This document shows, piece after piece, positions 24,137 to 36,100 of a stretch of DNA of 64,000 nucleotides. The notes under the pieces are model-generated. The model was not told the DNA's origin and did no database searches. It saw only the letters and a program-made list of their open reading frames with translations. The translations under genes were made by a program, and so were the position numbers. This stretch comes from Azolla caroliniana (lineage: Eukaryota > Plantae > Polypodiophyta). Every line of letters begins with the position of its first letter. The first letter of the stretch is position 1. The DNA is taken from contig JBHGNT010000009.1 of assembly GCA_043228905.1 (NCBI GenBank), positions 930,001 to 994,000 on the forward strand, read 5' to 3'.

Positions 24137-27100
24137 CTCTTACATAAGACACACTTCTTACATACATTTGAGGATGGATTCGTTATCATGCCACCTTATA
24201 TGGACATACATCTATCCTATGCGATGCGTAATGTGATAGGCCAGCTGCAAACTTCATCACATTAGTTACAGATTGAGGTAGGCAGATATACACGACTACC
24301 TCTAGAAGAGAGAATTTGCCAATTGTGTCATCAAGGAGTGAAAAGTTGTTGAAGAATACAACCACACAAGCTCATCCACAAAGAACAATCACAACTTTCT
24401 TTAGCCCCATCACTCCTACTAATGCTACAAGTCCATCACGGGATACACAAATGGGCCCTAGACCAGGACATAACAAAGGGGTTACAATTGATTGGGCAAT
24501 AGCAATTTGCCGTGCACGTAAGCCCCAACCCCATGGACCACGACCTCGACACCCTTGTCATCGACAGATAAAAGCCATTATCTCCCGCCATCGTAGGTGC
24601 TTCCCTCGCTTCGGAGACATTTCCATTTTGGATCGACCTATGCTATAGATCTTTCGAAGACAAAAGCTACAATATACCTAACTTGAGAATCTCACATGTG
24701 CCAAAAACCAGATTCCCTCGTTTCTTCTCCTTTCATCTTATTTACTTTTATATTTACCATGTAATATTGATTTTATTTTGATTTGTTCTCAAAGACGAGA
24801 CAACACTTCAAATGTAATCTCTTATTTGGTCTTATAGGCCATTTTGGCCTCTTAAAAGACGTTAATATATCTTTCTTTCTTTCTTTCTCTCTCTCTCAAG
24901 TTTGCGAGTTTGAGTATCACACTTTGATACAATGCTCTTCCTTTGATCATATTCGACCATGCCTTCTACATCTCTTCGACCGAGCCCAATCCTTGCATGA
25001 ATTCCTCTCACAACCACAATGTGCACTCTCGATTGCAACATTAATTGGTAAAGTTCTTGAACATCGAGAGTCACTACTCACTTTCACACGTATCACATGA
25101 AATGTAATATTTTTGGTCTCATAGGTCATATTTGACCTCAACAGACGATAATATAATCTATCTATCTATCTATCTATCTATATATCATAGTAGTAGGATT
25201 ATGTTTAATCTTGGTAATTGTTTTATAATTAGTGCCTAATCCCCCCTCCCTCTTTCTCTTTCCCTCTTTCTTATTATGCCTCTCCCACATGAATCAACCT
25301 TTTTTACTCCACAAAATGTAAGAAATGCCATTGATCGGCTACAATTCGGGAAGGCCCAAGCTCATGATGGATTGGTGGGTGAGCACTTTATCTATGCCTG
25401 TGACAATCTTGCTCCCATTGCTAGCACACATCTTTAATAGAGCCATGTGTGAAGGTTTTATCAGAGGTGGTGGCTAGCACAATCGGAGTGAAGCAAGGAT
25501 GCCCACTATCACCCACTCTCTTCGGTCTCTATATAGATGAGGTATCACATTAAATAGAGAGATTCAGGGGTTTAGGAGCACACCTAGCAAGTATAGCTAT
25601 ACAGATATTACTATATGCTGATGATATTGTGCTGATTTTTGACTCTCCGGAGGGACTACAATGACATCAAAATGCCTTAAAACTATTTTGTATGGACAAA
25701 GGTTTGTCAATCAACATGAATAAAACTAAAGTGATGGTGTTTAACACCACTCAACCATGGGTAACAAGATCAAAACTGGAATTCTTACTGGGAGAGGAAA
25801 AGGTGGAATACACACGCTCCTACACATACCTAGGAGTAATATTTATAGGGCCTAGGTTCTCCTTACAGGAGGCTGCTTGTGCCCGACTTTCTCGTGGATA
25901 TGCAACCCTTGGTGCTCTCGAGAGACAATGTGCACATTTGCAGTTCAAAGAGCCATGAACTAAGCTGTGGTTCTTTGATACACTTATCACACCAACTCTT
26001 CTCTATGGAGTAGAAACATGGGGACTGAGTCTTCACAAGGCAAATCATTGGAAAGATTTAGAGAGACCTTTAGTGTCAATTATTGCTCGCATGATAAGGA
26101 GCAAAGCATCAGGGTCCCACGACATAATCTGGGTAGAGATAGGAGCAACACCTATAATCACCGAAGCATTTTTCCGATCAGTGACATTTATCTGACGTCT
26201 TTGGGAGCTCCCTAAACGAAGGCACCCAAGGTTGGCACTTATGTCATCAAGACAACTGGTTGAAAGTGGAGACATTCATTTTTGGTATGCTGAAATGCAA
26301 CAATGGTTCAAGTCACATGGCATGAGTATAAATGCACTACCCTGGTTCCAATATAGCTTGGACTGTCTCCATCTAACTAAATATGACCAAAGTGGAAAAG
26401 AATAGAGTGATCCGAACTGATATTGTTAACTTGGAAAACAAGATAACATGGATCAGCCCCAAAATACCACTTGGTACAAATATGGCCCACTATAAGACAC
26501 ACTTCTTACACACATCGGAGGATGGATTCATCATCAGGCCACCTTATATGAACATACATCTATCCTATGCGCTGCGTAGTGTGATAGGGCAGCAACGAAC
26601 TTCATCACATCAGTTACAGATTGAGGTAGGCAGATATACACGACTACCTCTAGAAGAGAGAATTTGCCAATTGTATCATCAAGGAGTGGAATCCGAAGAA
26701 CACTATGTTTGTCATTGTAGTGTCTTTTATGAAATCAGAGGGAGATACCATTGCCTCTTTAAACAAGGCTTTGGCCCACTACACAAGGTAATGGAATATG
26801 AGGACCAATGGTGCCTAGGACTTTTCTTGCTAGAGCTGAAGAGATATCGGGAAAAGTTGTTGAAGAATACAGCGACACAAGCTCATCCACAAAGAACAAT
26901 CACAACTTTCTTTAGCCCCATCACTCCTACTAATGCTACAAGTCAATTGCGGGATACACAAATGGGCTCCCGACAAGGACATAACAAAGGGGTTACAATT
27001 GATCGGGCAATAGCAATTAACCGTGCACGTAGGCTCCGGCCCCATGGGCCACGACCTTGACACCCTTGTCATCGACAAATAAAAGCCATTATCTCCCGCA

Positions 27101-30100
27101 ATCGCAAGTGCTTCCCTTACTTCAGAGACATTTCCATTCTAGATCGACCTATGCTAGAGATCTTTCGAAGACAAAAGCTATAATATATCTAACTCGAGAA
27201 TCTCACACGTGCCGAAAACCAGATTCCCTCGTCTCTTTTTATCTTATATACTTTTGTATTTACGGAGTATTATTTACTTTTTTTTGTTTTGATTTGTTGT
27301 TCTCAAAGACGAGACAACACTTAAGTTGTAATCTCTTGTTTGGTCTTATAGGCCATTTTGGCCTCTTAAAAGACATTAATATATCTTTCTTTCTTTCTTA
27401 CACTAGGTTCGTAACATAATTTAGGTGTGCTTTCTATCCACTTTAATCCCTCTCTCACTGAACCTCCCCTTGCCACATATCCACCGATGACACACCATTG
27501 CACACTCCTTGTCGACGACCTAACGGTCAATAAAACCATTAGAATAATAATGAAATATATAATTAATGTGATATTTAGAATGTTGGGATATCACCAATCA
27601 TCTGTATTACTAGTAGACTTATTTGGGCAGATCATTAATCCCTTAAACAAGATTAAGATCAAGACCAACTTTTATAAGGTAAATATATGCAGATACCACA
27701 TTTTTCATCTCAATTGAAAATGCAATGTTTGTATCCAATGCAGTCTGCCCTGATTGGCAACATGGAAACCTTGGAAATTTCCAAGTTTGAAGGAGTTGCT
27801 TTTTGTTTGCTGCCCTTCACACCCAAAACATACTTTGTAGTCAATCTTTTTGCACACACTTGTTTTTTTAATGCTGGCGTGATTCTGTCTCCATTGGAGA
27901 ACAGTAGCCATATTCTTATCTTGAATCTGCATTGATTTTATTTGATGAATGTAATGCCAGATTAGTGAATACATGCACATGTTTTTCATTATGCTAATAT
28001 ATTTAACAATGTTTTGGTGCTATTTTTTAGATGAAATTTTCAGTTGGAATCATGTTCACTCATCTTAATATGAACACTGATCATACACTTTATGGGTATG
28101 TTCTTTTGGATAAAACTAATGATAGATTACTCATAGTTCTACATTCAAGTTTGGAGCACCTGTTACTGAGATGGTTGTTTTCTGAATTTCTGCAGTGTTT
28201 CCTCTGGTAAGTCAAGGGCAAATTTAGTGAACAAAATTGTGGATTTTAGAGAATTTTCGGTGTATTGGAACTGTAATGAGAATAATAGCGAGGAGTTTAG
28301 AAACAATTCGAATCCACAGAAGTTGACCTATCTTATCGATCGTTTTGATGCGACTGCCAGATTAATGGTAATGCTTCAATTAGTGGAAAAAAAAGTATCT
28401 CATAGGAAGGTTTAGCAATCCTGGATTGTTCTATTTGTGCAGGTCAATAAAAATGCTTCTCTTGATGGGAACACTCCACAATACGCAATGGATTTGGAAA
28501 CAAATAATCTGGTTTGGATCTTACCAGAATAATGTAACAAATTTGTTTCTATCTTATTTAAATTTATGTAAATTGTTTAGTTTGTGGTTTTGCTCAGATT
28601 TTCACAGTAGAAGATCGGCAGTTGCATGAAATGCTGTTACTTTGGGATGCTCTTTCTATTTGCAAGATGCGTGAAAAGTAAGTGGAATAGAAATCCAATA
28701 GCCCTTGACACAAGTTTTGAACTTAATTTGTACTGGATGGATGTAGCACCTATATTATAGCCACTCAGAAAAGTGCTTCAATTCAATTGTCGATTACCTT
28801 CCTCTGAAGGCCTTTCAACCTTATTCAGTGTAATACGCAATTACCAAAATATTAGATGCTGAACTGAACAAAATATCTTATAATGATGTGTCAAAATGTT
28901 TTTATGAATTTTATGTATTTGCATGTTATTGCTGCTTTGTAAACTTGTAGACTGCTTATGTTTGTATTTGAAAACGAAATTGGTAGATATTCCCTTCAAT
29001 GCTGGTTATTATTCCAGATATGGACGTCATAGACCTGGAGTTGGTCAACATGGATATAATAGAAAGGAGGATGGGTGGCAAAAGGTCTGGTGGCACTATG
29101 TGGTTCAATCAGTATTGGTTGATGTTCGTAGGAATTTACGTCGCAACTCATGGAGCTACCTTGGATGGAGGATGTAAGTTAAGGATATTATTTTTATTTT
29201 ATCTCATGATTGAACCATTCTTGTTGCACAGACTATTTACAACAATTTTGGATCATTTGAGCAGGGATATGAGAAGGAAATATGTAGTTTTGTACAAAGC
29301 GAAACTTGATTCCTTAAGTAAAGGCAAGGTGTGAGTCCTTTTTTTGTGATTCTCATTTTTTTGATGCTATTTTGTGCTCATTGTTTTGTATATATACCCT
29401 TAATCTGAATCACAGTATTTTTTACCAAGTAACAAACTTTCGTATTTTATAGTAGTTGCATGGTTTTGTATTTTTATATTACTAAGTAACAATGCTGTTT
29501 TCAACTAGTAATCACACTAGGATATTTCACTGGAAGATGGAAAAGGTGGTGCCACTGAAAAGATTGGTGGATTTTAATGGCATGAGATCATGATGGATTG
29601 ATATGTGAGCCTTTTGTGTATGCCCATGACACCTTAGTTCCACTTCTTGCACACATCTTTAATACAGCTGTGTGAAACATACCATTGTGTTGATCTTCAA
29701 GAGTGTAGAGCCCATGATACTTAACAACCAAAGTGGCCTATAAGATCGAGTAAGGGATTACATCTAAAGTGTTTCTCGTTCTTTGAGAACAACAAAACAA
29801 ATAAATGTTTCTAAGTAAAAAAAAAAGTAAATAAGATAAAAAGTGTCTAAGAATTTGGTTATCTGTACATGTAACATTCTCAAGTCAGATGTATTGTAAT
29901 TTTTGTCTTCGAAAGTTCTCTAGCATAGGTCAATCCAGAATGGAGAGTTCTCCCAAGCAAGGGAAGCACTTGCGATGGTGGGAGATAATGGCCTATGTGC
30001 ACAGCAAATTTCTATTGCCCGATCTATTGTAACCCCTTTGTTATGTTCTGGTCAGGAGCTGATTTGTGTAGCCCTCGATTGACTGTAGCATGAGGAGTGA

Positions 30101-33100
30101 TTCGTAAAACTTGTTAGTCAAACAAGATGTTTGCCCCACCCTATAGGTTGGTTCTGAAAAAGCTTTACGCTGAGGCTAAAGAAAGTTGTGATTGTTCTTT
30201 GTTGATGAGCTGTGTGTTCTTGTGTCTCTTGAGTTGTAGCAAGGCACAGTTTGTCCTCATATTCCATTACTTTGCATAGTAGGCCAAACCCTTGCTTAAA
30301 GAGGCAACCTTATCTCCCGCTTATTTCATAAAAAATACCACAGGGACAAACATAGTTTTCTTTAGATTCCACTCCCTAAGGACACAATTGTTAAATTCTT
30401 TCTAGAGGTATTCGTGCAAATCTGCCCTTTCACACTGCACAATGCACAAGATAGATGTGTGCCATATCAAATTCTTTCCAGAGTTCTTTGTGTGTACCTC
30501 AATCTCTAACTGATGTGAAGTTCACTGCTGCCCTATATTGCACAATGCATCGGATAGATGTATGTCCATATAAGGTGGCCTGATGATGAATCCATCTCTT
30601 TTGTCTGTAAAGTGTTTTATAGTGTGCCATTACATTGATATTTTGGGGTGAATCCATGTTATCTTGTTTTTCGAGTTAATAATATCAGTTCCTGTAAATG
30701 TTACTCCTAGGCATGTGTAGGAGCATGTGTATGCCATGTTTTCCTCTCCGAAGAAGAATTCTGGTTCTGATCTTGTTACCCATGCTTGAATGGTGTTAAC
30801 ACTAGATCCGTATAGTTTAGCCAAGTAATGGCCAATCATGATTGTCCTACAGTTGCTTTTGCATCATGGAGTCTCCACACTTGAGTATTGGCACAATGGT
30901 ATGTTCTGCCATCTAGTAGGGAAACCTTCAGACATAGCTCTATTAAAGATGTGTAGCAACGGTATCAAGATGTCATGGGCATAAATAAAGTGGTCACCTA
31001 TCAATCCATCATGATCCTGGCCCTTCCCAAATTGTAACCAATCAATGGCATTTCTTATATTTTGCGGAGTAAAAAAAAGTGGATTCATGTGGGCGGAGGA
31101 GTGGGGATATCATATAGTACTGAGGTGAGGCCAATTGTGTGGCAGGTTATCTCTCATTAAACATTTTCTATGCTCTTTTACGTTCTTTTCCTATGAACAA
31201 GTGATACACATGCCCTTAAAATTGAGCTAAATACAGTCTCTTTTTCTTCCTCACTAGGCGTTGGAAGGTTGATCTTGCTTGTTTGTGTGTATAAATACCC
31301 TAAGTTACTCTGTGCTGCAAGAATCTTCTTGTATCACGGAAGTCATCATCATGGCAACAATCTCTTTTTCTTCCTCACTAGGCGTTGGAAGGTTGATCTT
31401 GCTTGTTTGTGTGTATAAATACCCTAAGTTACTCTGTGCTGCAAGAATCTTCTTGTATCACGGAAGTCATCATCATGGCAACAATCTCTTTTTCTTCCTC
31501 ACTAGGCGTTGGAAGGTTGATCTTGCTTGTTTGTGTGTATAAATACCCTAAGTTACTCTGTGCTGCAAGAATCTTCTTGTATCACGGAAGTCATCATCAT
31601 GGCAACAATCTCTTTTTCTTCCTCACTAGGCGTTGGAAGGTTGATCTTGCTTGTTTGTGTGTATAAATATCCTAAGTTACTCTGTGCTACAAGAATCTTC
31701 TTGTATCACGGAAGTCATCATCATGGCAACAATCTCTTTTTCTTCCTCACTAGGCGTTGGAAGGTTGATCTTGCTTGTTTGTGTGTATAAATACCCTAAG
31801 TTACTCTGTGCTGCAAGAATCTTCTTGTATCACGGAAGTCATCATGGCAACAATCTCTTTTTCTTCCTCACTAGGCGTTGGAAGGTTGATCTTGCTTGTT
31901 TGTGTGTATAAATACCCTAAGTTACTCTGTGCTGCAAGAATCTTCTTGTATCACGGAAGTCATCATCATGGCAACAATTTTGTACGACTCTACCAAGTTT
32001 GGGTGCATTGCCCATTATATTGGGAAGGGCATTTGTGGCTGCTTTATGCAATGACTTTGACAATCCTTGTGTAACTTCATCTAGGGGTGCGAAAGGATCT
32101 GAATCTAGCATGGCATTATATACTCCACAACTATGCACATCAAGAGTCGCCCAAGGAAATTGGTATTTAACCAGCCCACTCTCCTTCTTGGCATATACAT
32201 CCCTTGTGCGTTCATCCTTCACTTCAAAGTGTAGATATGCATGATCTGCTGCCAAGTCAATAGCTCTACCATATATAGTGAACTTTGTTATTTCAGATAT
32301 AAGAGATGGAGATCTTATCAGGTAATAGACTGTTGTTGCACCTTCTTTTCGATTCCAACATGTCAAAGCATCTGATCTGGCCCATTTTGACAATCCATTA
32401 TGTATCACAAATCCATGCACAAAGCCTTGCTCTCGAGAGAGAATGTGCACATTTGCAGTTCCAAGAGCCACGAACTAAGCTGTGGTTCTTTGATACACTT
32501 ATCACACCAACTCTTCTCTATGGAGTAGAAACATGGGGACTGAGTCTTCACAAGGCAAATCATTGGAAAGATTTAGAGAGACCTTTAGTGCCAATGATTG
32601 CTCGCATGATAAGGAGCAAAGCATCAGTGCCCTACGATATAATCCAGGCAGAGATGGGAGCAACGCCTATAATCACCGAAGCATTTTTCCGATTAGTGAC
32701 ATTTATTTGACGTCTTTGGGAGCTCCCTAAACGAAGGTACCCAAGGTTGGCACTTATGTCATCAAGACAACTGGTTGAAAATGGAGACATTCATTTTTGG
32801 TATGCTGAAATGCAACAATGGTTCAAGTCACATGGCATGAGTATAAATGCACTACCCCGGTTCCAATATAGCTTGGACTGTCTCCATCTAAATATGACCA
32901 AAGTGGAAAAGAATAGAGTGATCCGAACTGATATTGTTAACTTGGAAAACAAGATAACATGGATCAGCCCCAAAATACCACTTGGTACAAGGATGGCCCA
33001 CTATAAGACACACTTCTTATGCACATCGGAGGATGGATTCATCATCAGAGCAGCGAACTTCATCACATCAGTTACAGATTGAGGTAGGCAGATATACACG

Positions 33101-36100
33101 ACTACCTCTAGAAGAGAGAATTTGCCAATTGTGGTCCAGAGAGGAGACATGTAGATATGCCCACAAAGACATATTAAGTGACAAGTCAGTTGACAAAAAA
33201 AAGGAATATCCCTATTACAACTGACTTTCACATATAATGTTACAATAAGATCAATCACAGAATAAAAATATCCGCTCTCTATATCTTACACAGCTGCTGT
33301 GTGACTATTTTCTGTGTCAACTAACTCTGTAGTCGAGTTGTCCAGATCCCGTATAAGCTGTAATGTACGAGTGCATGGGAGAACTACCATTTTGAGCTAC
33401 CCTTATATGTAATGGAAAGTTTGTATTGACACATACATCGCTGTGAGTGTAACTCTGTATACCTATCTAGTTTAATCTCAATATTTTGAACAGCCCTTAG
33501 TCGACTGATGTGAAGAAGTTCTGAGCTGCCCTATCACGTTGTTGTGCTCAAAAGATAGATGTTTCTCATGTGAGAATGCTTTTCTAGCAATATCCATAGC
33601 CAAGCGTCTTCCAGTGTTGAATTTGTTAATGATGTTGGGTTGAATGCTTTTCATAGCACACATCAATCCATGGGCACCCAAAAACGTTTACATGATAGTG
33701 GCAAGGCTGAAAACCACTTGATAGAAGGGAAAGACATCAGTGTTTACATATTCATGGAATATATAAGCATGAAATTAAGAAACACTGATATGAACTACAT
33801 ATATTATAATCGTTGTTATATAAATAAATAAATAAAGATTAATCTTTACATACATCATTGTGAGTCTTAGTATGTATCGTTGTCGTCCATATCAGTTTCT
33901 TGACTCTGATTCAGTTTTTTTAGGTACGCTAAGGTACGGGTACCATACACATTTCATGTATTACTACAAGCTAAGCTTGGGTACTTTATGCCATTTTCTA
34001 CAATAGAGTTACAGTCTGAAATAGATCATATTGAACAGATATAATTAAAGTTTTACAAATTTAAACAATAGATCATATTCTAAAAACTTTAACCAAGAAT
34101 GTAGTTTAAGTTTAAACTTCACATAACAAAACTTAAGGTTTAACTGCTAAAAAAAGTATACCTAAAATAATAGAAAAAGAAAATCGTTGCTCATCCCTTC
34201 CTCTTTGCCATAATCATCCTCAGATTCCATGCCAGTTGAGGAGTACTAATGTACATACTTTTTGTGCTAGTACTTTAAATATAGTATTAAAAAAAAACTT
34301 ACCAATTTGGTAGAGTCACTATAAATATGTATACACAATACCAATAATGAGGAATTATATGTGCCTAGACAACACTACAGCCATGTCCCTGTTAAGTTTT
34401 TCATTTGACTTGGATCTCTATCAGTGAATTTTGTAATCTTCAATCTACATGCAGTAGGGTTTTTGTGGCATCCTTCACTGCAATGCAGCCCAATAAGAAA
34501 TGTGCTAATTTTTACACTATCAGGTTCTGTTTTGTGGGGTTTGATCATTGAAATAATTGAAATTCTTAAATTTGGTGTTGGTGTTTGCCACTTCATCAAT
34601 CATTGAATATGTTGAATCAATTGGTTGTGAAGCCAGCTGCTGCTGAAACTCTTTTGAAACTAGAAGAACTGGAAAAAGAGCTTGATGTTGATGAGATTTT
34701 ATGTTTTAGATCCATGGCAGAATGTAATTTGAAGGGTCAGGTAAGTTCATGTTAGACCAATTGATGATTTTCTGGCTGGACAAGTGCATCAAAATTCTGT
34801 TGATGCTTATCTATATACTATTTGTAGGATTTAGAAAGTAAACTTCAAGAGGGAAGTTCTGGCGGACAGGATGATACGAAACCCAAAGACGCTACTGTGT
34901 CTGAAGTGAAATTTGATGATCAGTCGTCTACTAAACAACGGAGCTGGTTAAATCTTCTGTCCATGGGGATGCTTGGTGCAGCAGGAAGTGTTACTGCAAG
35001 TGAACAGTTTGCTGGGGTTGTGCCAGATGAAATAATAGAGGTATCTATTTGTTGCCTTTTTGTGGCATTGGATTTTTAATCTTTGGCTTCTAGAATAATT
35101 ACTGGGATACTGTTTCATCTGATCTTGTAAATTTTAAAGGCTTCTTTGTTTTCGTTTGTGTGGAGAAAGTACTTCATAGTAGTTTACATAAGTCTGGGAT
35201 GATGTTCATATTCTTTATGGTATTCGTAATATAAATCACTTGTCTTCTTTACTGATGAACTAGGGTATCTATGAGGCTACCAAATATTTTCCTTCAGGCA
35301 TGAAGGGCCAAGGAGACTTCCCTAAAGGTTTATATCGTGTTCGTATAACTTGCCATATTAGTGGTGCATTGGTTACTCTAAGATACCTGTAAGTTATTAC
35401 AAGTATCATTTACTTTCTCTTTTTGTTAAACAACTCAAAGAAATACAAGTTTTATGTTATAAATGTAAACATATACTCATCTTCTAGGCACCTCAAGGAA
35501 GATATTGCATCCTTGGATTTAAAAGTGATTGAGATGATAGCAAAGATGTGGCAGCACTCGTCGAACTATTTAGTTACTGTTAAAGAACTGGAAATTACTG
35601 ATCTTTCTGAGAAAGAATCTGCGTATCCGATCGTAATGGGAAATGAGGTATGTTAATATGAATTTATTTCGTTTCAGAAAAGTACTGGACTTATGTTGGG
35701 TCCTGGAATAGAAGCTTGGCACTTATGGAGTGAAAATCTGCAGGGGATGATTTTACCCTATTCCTTGGTGGGGCAATATCCACGAACTTATGCAGAGGCT
35801 GTTTCTGGATCACAGTCAAAGCCTAGCTCTGCAGAGTGTCTAATATTTGTTGAGGCTAATGTGCTTTCGGCTGATGAAGACTCTGACGTTGCAGTTAAGG
35901 TAAAAGCACATGTTCTTTATATCCAGGTTTTGGTCAGCACATTCTGAATAGGTTCAAGTGTGGCATGCTTGCGTAAGGAAGGAAGAAAGATATATTGATA
36001 TCTTTTAAGAGACCAAAGTGACCTATAAGACCAAACAAGAGATGGAATCTTAAGTGTTATCTTGTCTATGAGAACACGAAACCAAAATAAACGTTACCAA

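Noticed and set aside
31237-31977. CRISPR-like or repeated small-gene array (87-aa ORFs)
   Set aside because: Units are contiguous and identical with no unique spacers, there are no cas genes, the context is eukaryotic, and the sequence is LINE-derived.
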